DNA from: Eubacteriales bacterium | Lineage (GTDB): Bacteria; Bacillota; Clostridia; Oscillospirales; CAG-272 | Length of the DNA: 64,000 bases | Reading direction: 5' to 3' | Assembly (NCBI GenBank): GCA_045542075.1 | Contig: JAZQKI010000001.1 | Location: 488-64,487 of the forward strand | Part shown: piece by piece, positions 17,008 through 25,908 of the stretch | How the letters are laid out: each line of letters begins with the position of its first letter | How positions within the stretch are numbered: position 1 is the first letter of the stretch | Position numbers and translations under genes: made by a program | The notes under the pieces: model-generated | The model's database searches: none | What the model saw: only the letters and a program-made list of their open reading frames with translations | What the model was told of the DNA's origin: nothing

Positions 17008-18237
17008 ATGACAAGGATCGATATTTTCTCCGGATTTCTCGGAGCAGGAAAAACAACACTTATTAAAAAGCTTATTGAGGAGGCCTACAAGGGCGAAAAA
17101 ATAGTTCTTATCGAAAACGAGTTTGGTGAGATAGGTATTGACGGCGGATTTCTCTCTGAGGCAGGTGTGCATATAAACGAGATGAACTCAGGCTGTATCT
17201 GCTGCTCGCTTGTCGGCGACTTTGCGGAGGCGCTCAAAAAGGTAATAAGCGAATATCAGCCCGACAGAGTTCTTATCGAGCCCTCAGGCGTTGGTAAGCT
17301 TTCCGACGTTATTAAGGCGGTACAAAATGCCGACACAGAGGGAGCGGTGCTCAACGGCTTTACGACCGTAGTGGATGCGAACAAGTGCAAGATGTATATG
17401 AAAAATTTTGGAGAGTTCTTTAATGACCAGGTCGAGCATGCGGGCTGCATAATATTCAGCCACACGGACAACGCAAGTCAGAAGAAGATAGACGAGGGCG
17501 TAGCCCTCATCCGTGAGCATAATCCCAATGCCGTGATAGTCACAACTCCTTGGGGACAACTCTCAGGCGCGCAGCTTCTTGAGGCTATGGAGCGCAAGGA
17601 TACTCTTGCCGCTGAGCTTGAAAAGCTTGAGCATGAACATCATCACCACGGACATCATCATCACCACGACCACGAGGAATGTTGCCATCACGAGCACCAC
17701 CACGACCACGATCACGACGAGTGTTGCCATCACGAGCATCATCACGACCATGACCACGATCACGATGAGTGCTGCCACGGACACCACCACGATCATGACC
17801 ACGAGGAATGCTGCCACGGACACCACCACGATCATGACCACGGGGAGTGCTGTCACGGACATCATCACGACCATGACCACGAGGAATGCTGCCATGATCA
17901 CCATGAGCATCACTTAGATGCAGACGGAAACTGCTCCTGCGGTCACCACCATCACCACCATGCCGATGAGGTGTTCGAGAGCTGGGGAACGGAGACCACA
18001 AAGAAGTTCAATGCAGAGCAGCTTAAGGCGGCTCTTGACGAGCTTTGCGACGAGAATAAATACGGCATAATTCTGCGCGCAAAGGGAATAGTCGCATCCG
18101 ACGACGGTAGATGGATCCATTTCGACTACATCCCCGGCGAGCCCGACGTACGTTTTGGCGGAGCGTCTGTAATCGGCAGACTCTGCGTTATAGGCTCAAA
18201 GATGAACAAGGATGCGATAATCTCGCTTTTTATGTAA
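17008..18237 (+). CDS. COG0523/CobW-family G3E GTPase (metallochaperone-type) with long His/Asp/Cys-rich insertion
   Basis: ATG 17008. The track ORF start at 16855 overlaps dut. The Walker A motif is GFLGAGKTTLIKKL. The CxCC motif is GCICCS. ENEFGEIGID and IEPSGVG are also present. A His-rich segment of about 110 aa precedes the CobW C-terminal domain (ILRAKGIV...WIHFDYI). Confidence 0.9.
   Translation: MTRIDIFSGFLGAGKTTLIKKLIEEAYKGEKIVLIENEFGEIGIDGGFLSEAGVHINEMNSGCICCSLVGDFAEALKKVISEYQPDRVLIEPSGVGKLSDVIKAVQNADTEGAVLNGFTTVVDANKCKMYMKNFGEFFNDQVEHAGCIIFSHTDNASQKKIDEGVALIREHNPNAVIVTTPWGQLSGAQLLEAMERKDTLAAELEKLEHEHHHHGHHHHHDHEECCHHEHHHDHDHDECCHHEHHHDHDHDHDECCHGHHHDHDHEECCHGHHHDHDHGECCHGHHHDHDHEECCHDHHEHHLDADGNCSCGHHHHHHADEVFESWGTETTKKFNAEQLKAALDELCDENKYGIILRAKGIVASDDGRWIHFDYIPGEPDVRFGGASVIGRLCVIGSKMNKDAIISLFM
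17629..17961 (+). repeat. in-frame His/Asp/Cys-rich repeat region (six ECCH units)
   Basis: The translation is EHEHHHHGHHHHHDHEECCHHEHHHDHDHDECCHHEHHHDHDHDHDECCHGHHHDHDHEECCHGHHHDHDHGECCHGHHHDHDHEECCHDHHEHH...CSCGHHHHHH. Units of about 42 nt recur at the DNA level. Confidence 0.9.
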
Positions 18238-18254
18238 TTTAAGGAGGGAAGAAT

Positions 18255-19202
18255 ATGACACCAAATATTCCCGTATATCTTTTCACAGGCTTTCTTGAGG
18301 GCGGTAAGACTCATATAATCCAGGAGTCTATGTGCGACGAGCGCTTCAACACAGGCGAAAAGACCTTGATAATTCTCTGCGAGGAGGGGATCGAGGAGCT
18401 TGATCCCACGCTTTTCTACGGAAAGAACGTATATTTTGCTACTATTGACGACGTATCAGACCTCACTCCCGAAAAGCTTGATGCTTGCCGTAACGGTCAT
18501 AAAATAGACCGTGTAATCATTGAGTACAACGGTATGTGGATGCTTAAGGATTTGTATGAAAATCTCCCGAAGGAGTGGTTTATCTTCCAGAATATGATGT
18601 TTGCGGACGCAAATACCTTCTTTACCTACAACGCAAATATGCGCTCGCTTATGGTAGATAAGCTTCTCGACTGTGAGATGATAGTCCTCAACCGTACTCC
18701 CGAGAACATCGACAAGGAGGAGGTGCACAAGATAGTCCGCGGTATCTCCCGCCGTGCCTCCATTACCTATGATTATCCCGACGGACATGTCGAGTACGAC
18801 GAGATAGAGGATCCTCTGCCTTTTGACATCAATGCCCCCATAATTGAGATAGACGAGAACGACTATGCCGTATGGTACAGAGATCTCGCCGAGGAGACTG
18901 AAAAATACGAGGGTAAGACTGTTAAATTCAAGGGAATTATCGCGCGCGACGTAAAGCTCGGCAAGGACGCGATAGTTATCGGCAGACACGTAATGACCTG
19001 CTGCGTTGAGGATATTGCCTACAACGGACTTGTATGCAAGTTTGAGTCTGCAGTTCCTTATAAAACGCGCGATTGGCTCACGGTCACGGGTAAGATCAAG
19101 ATAGAGAAGAACAAGCTCTACGGACGCCCCGGACCAGTGCTTTACGCGACAAGCGCGGCATATACCTCCAAACCCGAAAAAGAGGTCGCGACTTTTTATT
19201 GA
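18255..19202 (+). CDS. divergent COG0523-like GTPase lacking CxCC, with C-terminal CC-motif domain (DUF1980/TIGR03943-C-like by recollection)
   Basis: 315 aa. The RBS is AAGGAGGGAAG. The Walker A motif is GFLEGGKTHII. The CxCC position reads ILCEEG. The C-terminal 100 aa or so read YEGKTVKFKGII...IGRHVMTCCVEDIAYNGLVC...WLTVTGKI. Confidence 0.7.
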   Translation: MTPNIPVYLFTGFLEGGKTHIIQESMCDERFNTGEKTLIILCEEGIEELDPTLFYGKNVYFATIDDVSDLTPEKLDACRNGHKIDRVIIEYNGMWMLKDLYENLPKEWFIFQNMMFADANTFFTYNANMRSLMVDKLLDCEMIVLNRTPENIDKEEVHKIVRGISRRASITYDYPDGHVEYDEIEDPLPFDINAPIIEIDENDYAVWYRDLAEETEKYEGKTVKFKGIIARDVKLGKDAIVIGRHVMTCCVEDIAYNGLVCKFESAVPYKTRDWLTVTGKIKIEKNKLYGRPGPVLYATSAAYTSKPEKEVATFY

Positions 19203-19226
19203 TAAGTGATTCTCGGAGGAGATAAA

Positions 19227-21977
19227 ATGAAAAAGTTTTTAAGAGTTTTAGTATTACTTCTCGTGCTTTCAATGAGTTTTTCCGTATTCACCGCATGTGA
19301 TAAGGGCGAAAACTCTATAACGGCACCCACGGAAGTATCTACGGACGCTCCAACAGAAGCATCTACGAGCGCGCCCACGGAGACACCCACAAGTGCTCCG
19401 ACAGAGGCGCCCACGAGTGCTCCCACAGAGGCGCCCACAAGCGCTCCCACAGAAGCGGCTACAAACGTGCCCACGGAAGCGCCTACGAGCGCACCCACAG
19501 AAGCACCCACGGATGCACCGACAGAGACGCCTACGGACGCACCGACTGAAGCACCCACGGAAACGCCTACTGAACATATTCATGAATATGGTGATTGGGT
19601 TGTAAGGATAGAGCCAACCTGTGTTGATAAAGGAATAAAGTCAAGTGACTGCGCGTGCGGTGACTATAAGCTCGGATATATTGATGCTCTCGGCCACACG
19701 GCGGGTGCTGCGGCAACGTGTACAACCGAGCAAAAATGTACCGTTTGCGGAGACACACTTGCAGCAGCCCTTGGACATAAGCCCAAAACGGTAGAGGAAA
19801 ACAGAATAGAGTCTACTTGTACGGAGAAGGGCTCGTATGATGCGGTAGTATATTGTTCCGATTGCAATGACGAATTGAGCAGAGAAAACAAATCTATAAA
19901 CGCTCTCGGACATACAGCAGGTGCTGAGGCAACATGTATCACGGCTCAGAAATGTACTGTTTGCAAAGAGATTCTTGTGGCGGCGCATGGGCACAAGCCT
20001 GCTGTAGCAGTTGAAGAAAACAGAGTGGAGCCGACTTGTACTAAAAACGGTTCGTATGATGTGGTTGTATATTGTTTAGCGTGTGGCGATGAGTTAAGCA
20101 GGGATGTAGTGAGTGTGAATGCGCTTGGACATAAGCCTGGTATTGAATCGACCTGCACAACTGATCAGACATGCACTGCGTGCGGGGAAATATTGGTTGA
20201 GGCTCTTGGACATGATTACGTTAACAAAATATGCACAGTTTGTGGGAAACTAAAGACAAGCGAAGGATTGCGATTCGTTTCCAAAGGTGGAGGAATTTGC
20301 TATGTCAGCAGTATAGGCAATTGTACGGATACGGACATAATTATCCCAGCAGTATCGCCTACGGGTGAAACTGTTACGGGTATAGACTATGCAGCGTTTG
20401 AAAGCCGTGCTGACATTACGAGTATCGTTATTCCTGATACTGTAACAAACATTGGACCTTTTGCTTTCATTCGTTGCAGTGGACTTATGATGATAGAAAT
20501 TCCCGATAGTGTAACAAGCATATCTCGAGGAGCATTTGAGGATTGTACTAGCATTGCAAATATAGTCATCCCAAACGGTGTCACGAGCATTGGCGAAAGA
20601 ACATTCTACGGTTGCAGTAGCCTTGTGAATTTAGTAATTCCCGACAGTATAACAAGCATAGGTGAGAGGGCGTTCTACGGTTGCGGTAGTCTTGCAAATT
20701 TGGAAATTCCCAACAGCTTATCAAGTATAGGTGAGTATGCATTCTATAATTGCAGTAATCTTACGAGTATAGAAATCCCTGACAATGTAACAAGCATAGG
20801 AAATAATGCATTTGCTGGTTGCACAAACCTTACAAGTGTCGGGCTGGGAGAGAACAGTCGATTAGCTAGTATAGGAGATTATGCATTTTATAATTGCAGT
20901 AAACTTACAAGCATAGCAATTCCTGATGATGTAATAAGTGTAGGTAAGGAATCGTTTGATGATTGCATTAATCTTACGCATGTTGTCTTTAGCGAAAACA
21001 ATTCCTTAATGAGCATAGGAGAACGGGCATTCTCGGGTTGCAGAAACCTTACAAGTATAAATATTCCCAGTAGTGTGTTGAGCATTGGTGCAGGAGCATT
21101 CTCAGGCTGCAATAGCCTTAAGACTATTGATATACCTCATGGTATGACGAGCATAAGCGATGCAATGTTATCCGGGTGCAGTAGCATTGAGAACATAACA
21201 ATCCCCGATGGAGTAGTGAGCATAGGAAATAATGCGTTCGCTGGCTGCAGTAGTATTACCAACATAGAAATTCCCGACAGCGTAACGAGTATAGGGATTG
21301 CTGCGTTTGATTCTTGCAGTAGCCTTAAGAGTATAAAAGTCCCCGACAGCATAACGAGCATAAGCAATGCTATGTTTTATTGTTGTAGTGGACTTGAGAA
21401 AGTTGAATTCCCCCAAAATGTAACAAACATAGGTGCTGATGCGTTTGGAGGTTGCAACAGCCTGGTTAGTATCGTCATACCTAACAGTGTAATAAGTATA
21501 GATAAGCAAGCATTTATCGCTTGCAAAAACTTGGAAAGTGTTGTTATTTCTGACGGAGTAACAAGCATAGGTGATTCTGCATTTGCTAATTGTACTAACC
21601 TTACAAGTGTGGTCATTCCCGACAGTATCACGAGTATTGGTTCATATGTATTTGCTAATTGCAGTAGCCTTGAAGGGATTGCGATTCCCAACCACATAAC
21701 AGGTATAGGTGAATATGCATTCTATAATTGCAGTAAACTTACAAGCATAGCAATCCCCGACAATTTAATGAGCATAGGCAAGCGTGCATTTTCGGGTTGT
21801 AGTATCCTTACGAGTATAAATATTCCCAAAGGAGTGACGAGCATAGGTGGTTCTGCGTTCTATGGTTGCAGCAGCCTTACAATATATTGTGAATTGGCAT
21901 CTAAACCTTCAGGATGGAGTTCTAATTGGAACTCTTCCGGTTGCCCCGTGGTCTGGGGTTATAAGGCGGAGGAATAA
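19227..21977 (+). CDS. surface lipoprotein: Pro/Thr linker, Cys-rich modules and about twenty BspA-type LRR_5 repeats
   Basis: ATG 19227 follows GGAGGAG. The lipoprotein signal is MKKFLRVLVLLLVLSMSFSVFTAC. An APTE(A/T)PTS linker comes next, then repeated ALGH...C..C modules, then repeats of about 23 aa (IPDSVTSIG..AF..CSSL..I). The C-terminus is KPSGWSSNWNSSGCPVVWGY. Confidence 0.88.
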   Translation: MKKFLRVLVLLLVLSMSFSVFTACDKGENSITAPTEVSTDAPTEASTSAPTETPTSAPTEAPTSAPTEAPTSAPTEAATNVPTEAPTSAPTEAPTDAPTETPTDAPTEAPTETPTEHIHEYGDWVVRIEPTCVDKGIKSSDCACGDYKLGYIDALGHTAGAAATCTTEQKCTVCGDTLAAALGHKPKTVEENRIESTCTEKGSYDAVVYCSDCNDELSRENKSINALGHTAGAEATCITAQKCTVCKEILVAAHGHKPAVAVEENRVEPTCTKNGSYDVVVYCLACGDELSRDVVSVNALGHKPGIESTCTTDQTCTACGEILVEALGHDYVNKICTVCGKLKTSEGLRFVSKGGGICYVSSIGNCTDTDIIIPAVSPTGETVTGIDYAAFESRADITSIVIPDTVTNIGPFAFIRCSGLMMIEIPDSVTSISRGAFEDCTSIANIVIPNGVTSIGERTFYGCSSLVNLVIPDSITSIGERAFYGCGSLANLEIPNSLSSIGEYAFYNCSNLTSIEIPDNVTSIGNNAFAGCTNLTSVGLGENSRLASIGDYAFYNCSKLTSIAIPDDVISVGKESFDDCINLTHVVFSENNSLMSIGERAFSGCRNLTSINIPSSVLSIGAGAFSGCNSLKTIDIPHGMTSISDAMLSGCSSIENITIPDGVVSIGNNAFAGCSSITNIEIPDSVTSIGIAAFDSCSSLKSIKVPDSITSISNAMFYCCSGLEKVEFPQNVTNIGADAFGGCNSLVSIVIPNSVISIDKQAFIACKNLESVVISDGVTSIGDSAFANCTNLTSVVIPDSITSIGSYVFANCSSLEGIAIPNHITGIGEYAFYNCSKLTSIAIPDNLMSIGKRAFSGCSILTSINIPKGVTSIGGSAFYGCSSLTIYCELASKPSGWSSNWNSSGCPVVWGYKAEE
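19321..19572 (+). repeat. in-frame Pro/Thr/Ala tandem repeat (APTEAPTS-type linker)
   Basis: The translation is APTEVSTDAPTEASTSAPTETPTSAPTEAPTSAPTEAPTSAPTEAATNVPTEAPTSAPTEAPTDAPTETPTDAPTEAPTETPTE, with 24-nt periodicity. Confidence 0.9.
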
Positions 21978-22051
21978 TTCATTGTAATCAAAAATGGTGC
22001 ATCCTCATCTGTCAGCAAAGCTGACACCTTCCCCTCAGGGGGAAGCCTGAA

Positions 22052-22085
22052 AGGGCGTTGCTTTGGCAACGCCCTCATTTTTTAT
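22052..22085 (+). terminator. rho-independent terminator after the LRR lipoprotein gene
   Basis: Stem agggcgttgc / gcaacgccct (22052-22075) followed by cATTTTTTATT. Confidence 0.8.
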
Positions 22086-22183
22086 TGACACAAACCACTC
22101 ACACTCCCGAAAATTCGACATACAATGATAGCGAGAGGTGCTTTTTTGTATCTCGTATTACATTTATTACAGGGGGAAATATT

Positions 22184-23044
22184 ATGCCCGATAACAGATT
22201 TTGCGGCGGAAACGGCGTGGGCAGAGATTCTGTTTATATAGAGACCAACAGAATTCTTGATTCCTGCCGTGATCGCGATTGCTTTGAGAACGTTCGCGTA
22301 TTTCTTACCGATTTCGGCAACGAGATAATCGAACACACAAACACAGTCCGCGCAAAGAGCGCTTGCATCGCGTGGACGTCCATCACACTTGACCCCGTTC
22401 AGTTCAACAGAGGCTTTTACTCGGTAAACATCCGCTTCTACGTAAAGCTTATATTCGAGGCTTGCGTGGGCGGCGGCAGAGCGCAGGAATTTGACGGCGT
22501 GGCTGTGCTTGAAAAGAAGATAATCCTTTTCGGCGGAGAGGGAAACGTCAGCACCTTCCGTTCCAGCACTGACGGCGACGGATTCTGCGCGGAGATAAAG
22601 CCCTGCTGCCAGGAAAAGAGCTTGCCTACTGCTACGGTTGAGGTCGTAGAGCCCATAATTCTTGACACGAGAATTGTTGAGCGCGAGAGCGACTGCTGCT
22701 GTTGCTGCTGCGCTTGCGACGTACCCGACTGCGTAGTCGGCGGTCTGTCAGGCTCGCTTTGCGGCGACTACGGCAAGGACAGGGAAAGATACCTTGCGGT
22801 ATCGCTCGGTATATTCTCCATAGTCAGAATTACCCGTCCCGCGCAGCTTCTCATCAGCGCGTCCGAATACTGTGTTCCCGATAAGGAATGCGTTGAGGCG
22901 AAAAAGGACGATCCCTGCGGAATTTTCAGAACAATGAGTTTCCCAACGTCCGAATTTTGTCCTTCAACCTTTCCCGCGGTAAACGATAAGTCCTGCTTTG
23001 ATAAGCCCTTTGACAAAGGCGGCAAATGCGGCTGCGGTAACTAA
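22184..23044 (+). CDS. uncharacterised Cys-rich protein (24 Cys in 286 aa, CCCCCC run), no signal peptide
   Basis: ATG 22184 follows AGGGGGA. The track ORF starts at 22058. Features are MPDNRFCGGNG...ILDSCRDRDCFENVRV..., SDCCCCCCACDVPDC (CCCCCC = 22694-22711) and the C-terminus KGGKCGCGN. The gene has its own terminator. Confidence 0.75.
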   Translation: MPDNRFCGGNGVGRDSVYIETNRILDSCRDRDCFENVRVFLTDFGNEIIEHTNTVRAKSACIAWTSITLDPVQFNRGFYSVNIRFYVKLIFEACVGGGRAQEFDGVAVLEKKIILFGGEGNVSTFRSSTDGDGFCAEIKPCCQEKSLPTATVEVVEPIILDTRIVERESDCCCCCCACDVPDCVVGGLSGSLCGDYGKDRERYLAVSLGIFSIVRITRPAQLLISASEYCVPDKECVEAKKDDPCGIFRTMSFPTSEFCPSTFPAVNDKSCFDKPFDKGGKCGCGN

Positions 23045-23060
23045 ATCTCAAAGCTATACT

Positions 23061-23092
23061 AAAAATACCGAGGTTAAGCCTCGGTATTTTTG
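23061..23092 (+). terminator. rho-independent terminator
   Basis: Stem ataccgagg / cctcggtat followed by TTTTTG. Confidence 0.8.
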
Positions 23093-23212
23093 TGTGCAAT
23101 ATCATTATAACATTTTTAAGTGAAAGGCAGGGAATTAGTATATTAGACTATTGCGCTTTTGACTTTTTTATGTTAAAATTTATATGTAAACTTAAAGAAG
23201 AGGTGATTTTTG

Positions 23213-23872
23213 ATGCTCACGTTTGAAGAAATAAAGCACAATGAAACAATAAACCAATATATAAAAAAGGCAGACGAGTCGCTCGTGGCTCTCGGCTTTA
23301 CGGAGCATAGCTTTGCTCATGTGACAAAGGTCGCGACCACAGCGGCGTATATACTTGATAGCCTTGGATATGACGAGCACGATATAGAAATAGCCAAAAT
23401 TGCGGGATATCTGCACGATATAGGAAATCTCGTCAACAGAATAGACCACTCTCAAAGCGGTGCGGTCATGGCGTTCAGAATACTTGACCATATGGATATG
23501 GACGCATGCGATATAGCAACTATCGTAACAGCTATCGGAAATCACGACGAGGGCACGGGAGTTGCGGTAAATCCCGTTGCGGCGGCACTTATTCTCGCGG
23601 ATAAGAGCGACGTCAGACGGAGCCGCGTGCGAAATCGCGATCTTGCAACCTTCGATATTCATGACCGTGTAAATTACTCGGTAGTCAGCTCCAAGCTTGA
23701 AATAAATGAGGATAAGACTGTAATTTCCCTGGAGCTCGAAATAGACACCGAGATAAGCTCGGTGATGGACTATTTTGAGATATTTCTCAAGCGAATGATA
23801 ATGTGCAAAAAGGCGGCGGAGTGTCTGAAGCTGAGATTCAGCCTGATAATTAACAATCAGACGTTGATGTGA
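23213..23872 (+). CDS. HD-domain phosphohydrolase family protein
   Basis: 219 aa. HSFAHVTKVA...AGYLHDIGN...IGNHDE fits the H...HD...D pattern of the HD superfamily. The specific function is unknown. Confidence 0.75.
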   Translation: MLTFEEIKHNETINQYIKKADESLVALGFTEHSFAHVTKVATTAAYILDSLGYDEHDIEIAKIAGYLHDIGNLVNRIDHSQSGAVMAFRILDHMDMDACDIATIVTAIGNHDEGTGVAVNPVAAALILADKSDVRRSRVRNRDLATFDIHDRVNYSVVSSKLEINEDKTVISLELEIDTEISSVMDYFEIFLKRMIMCKKAAECLKLRFSLIINNQTLM

Positions 23873-23982
23873 TCTATCTGTTTTGAGCTTTAGGCAGTGT
23901 TTAATGTATGCCGTAGTTCAGAATAAAAAATGCGCTTTTGACGTTTTTTCTGAATTTTAGATAAATTTAGCAAACTTACCCC

Positions 23983-24011
23983 TTGAAATTTTCTCAAAGA
24001 TATTGTATTAT
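23983..24011 (+). promoter_or_regulatory. putative sigma-A promoter of the Na/Pi transporter gene
   Basis: TTGAAA (23983-23988), a 17-nt spacer, then TATTAT (24006-24011). Confidence 0.5.
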
Positions 24012-24065
24012 TAAAATAGTGTTATTTGATAAATAACCTTTTCCAAAAATGGAGGACAAAAAAAC

Positions 24066-25868
24066 ATGGGACTTATGGAGATTTTAGGACTTATCTGCGG
24101 TCTGGCTCTGTTCCTTTACGGAATGGACGTCATGGGCGACGCTCTTAAAAAGAGCGCTGGCAGAAAGCTCAAAACCATCTTAGGAAATCTCACGTCAAAC
24201 AAATTAAAAGGATTTTTGCTTGGACTTTTAGTCACAGCGATAATTCAGTCATCATCAGCTACCACCGTAATGGTCGTCGGTTTTGTAAACTCAGGCACAA
24301 TGCTTTTGTCACAGGCTGTCGGCGTTATTATGGGCGCAAACGTAGGAACTGCGGTCACAGCATGGATTACGGCTCTCAACGGCATTGAGGGCGGAGCGGA
24401 GGCTACCGCATGGCTCAATTATCTCAAGCCCGATGCATGGATGCCTATACTTGCTCTTGCGGGTATATGCCTCATTATGTTTGCCAAAAAGGACAAGCAG
24501 AAGGACGTAGGCTCTATTCTTATGGGATTTGCCGTACTTATGGTCGGTATGTCTCTTATGTCCGACGCAGTAAGCGGACTTAAGGATGATCCTAACTTTA
24601 CAAGAATACTTACTCTCTTTAACAATCCTATCTTCGGCGTACTTGCAGGAACGGCACTTACGGCAATAGTCCAGTCCTCGTCTGCATCTATCGGTATTTT
24701 GCAAGCTTTATCAACCACGGGATCCATATCCTTTGGCATGGCTATTCCGATAATTCTCGGTCAGAATATAGGTACGTGCATTACGGCTATGATATCCTCT
24801 GTAAGCGCTAACAAGAACGGTAAGCGTGCAGCGGTCGTTCATCTTTACTTTAATATAATCGGCGTTGTATTCTGGCTCGGTATGTATTATCTTATCGGTT
24901 GGATATTCAAGATAAGCGGGCTGTTTGATTATATGAGCCTGGCTAACGGAACCACGATAAACATGTGGGGAATCGCTATAGTTCATACGACCTTCAAGCT
25001 TTTGTCTGTTCTTCTTATGGCTCCTTTCACAAAGCTTCTCGAAAAGCTTGCCGTTGCAACTATTCGCGGCACGGACAAAAAGGGTGACGAATATACCAAT
25101 ATGCTTGATGAAAGACTTCTTGACACTCCCTCCGTTGCGATCGAAAGAAGCCGCACGGTTGCGTCTCAGATGGCTCAGCTATCATCCGAGGCTATGCACC
25201 TGGCTATAGGTCTGTTTGACACGTATGATAGCAAGGTCGCGCAGCGAGTACGCGATATTGAGGATAAGGTGGATATATACGAGGACGTTCTTGGCTCGTA
25301 TCTTGTAAAGCTGTCGTCAAGAAGCATGGATGAGGTGGACAGCCACGAGGTTACAAAACTGCTCCATATGATCGGAGACCTTGAGAGAATTTCCGACCAT
25401 GCGGTGAATCTGGTTGAATCTGCGGAGGAGATAAACGATAAGAATCTTACGTTCTCGGCAGATGCACTCAGCGAGCTTCATTCTATGTACGGTGCGGTTG
25501 ACGAGATACTTACGATCACGGAAGACGCCTTTGTGAACAACGATATGAACAAGGCTTATATTGTAGAGCCTCTTGAACAGGTAGTTGACTATCTCCGCGA
25601 TCAGATAAAGCTCCAGCACATTCTTCGTCTCCAGAAGAGCGAATGTACTATAGAGCACGGATTTGTCCTCTCGGATATTCTTACAAACCTTGAAAGAGTT
25701 TCTGACCACTGCTCAAACATTGCGGGTTGTTTGGTTGAAATGTCAAAGCACGATTCTCTTGACGTTCACGATTATCTGCATAAGGTAAAGGCAGGCGGAA
25801 TGGAATACGATGCGCTTTATAACGCGTATATGGAAAAATACTCAATTAAATCTATTGAAACAAAATAA
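24066..25868 (+). CDS. Na+/phosphate cotransporter family protein with C-terminal PhoU-like repeats
   Basis: 600 aa. The N-terminal half is polytopic with duplicated QSSSATTV / QSSSASIG motifs typical of the NptA/YjbB family. The C-terminal soluble half has two ERISDHAVN / ERVSDHCSN PhoU-type motifs. Confidence 0.88.
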   Translation: MGLMEILGLICGLALFLYGMDVMGDALKKSAGRKLKTILGNLTSNKLKGFLLGLLVTAIIQSSSATTVMVVGFVNSGTMLLSQAVGVIMGANVGTAVTAWITALNGIEGGAEATAWLNYLKPDAWMPILALAGICLIMFAKKDKQKDVGSILMGFAVLMVGMSLMSDAVSGLKDDPNFTRILTLFNNPIFGVLAGTALTAIVQSSSASIGILQALSTTGSISFGMAIPIILGQNIGTCITAMISSVSANKNGKRAAVVHLYFNIIGVVFWLGMYYLIGWIFKISGLFDYMSLANGTTINMWGIAIVHTTFKLLSVLLMAPFTKLLEKLAVATIRGTDKKGDEYTNMLDERLLDTPSVAIERSRTVASQMAQLSSEAMHLAIGLFDTYDSKVAQRVRDIEDKVDIYEDVLGSYLVKLSSRSMDEVDSHEVTKLLHMIGDLERISDHAVNLVESAEEINDKNLTFSADALSELHSMYGAVDEILTITEDAFVNNDMNKAYIVEPLEQVVDYLRDQIKLQHILRLQKSECTIEHGFVLSDILTNLERVSDHCSNIAGCLVEMSKHDSLDVHDYLHKVKAGGMEYDALYNAYMEKYSIKSIETK

Positions 25869-25869
25869 A

Positions 25870-25908
25870 AAAATTAGGTCGGTGTGATTTTCACACCGAC
25901 CGTTTTTA
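25870..25908. terminator. bidirectional terminator between convergent genes
   Basis: Stem ggtcggtgtga / tcacaccgacc with an A-run on the left and a T-run on the right. Confidence 0.8.

Noticed and set aside
17563-18001. ORFs 17563-17913 (-), 17579-17917 (+) and 17585-18001 (-)
   Set aside because: These are off-frame and antisense readings of the His/Asp/Cys codon repeat inside the COG0523 gene.
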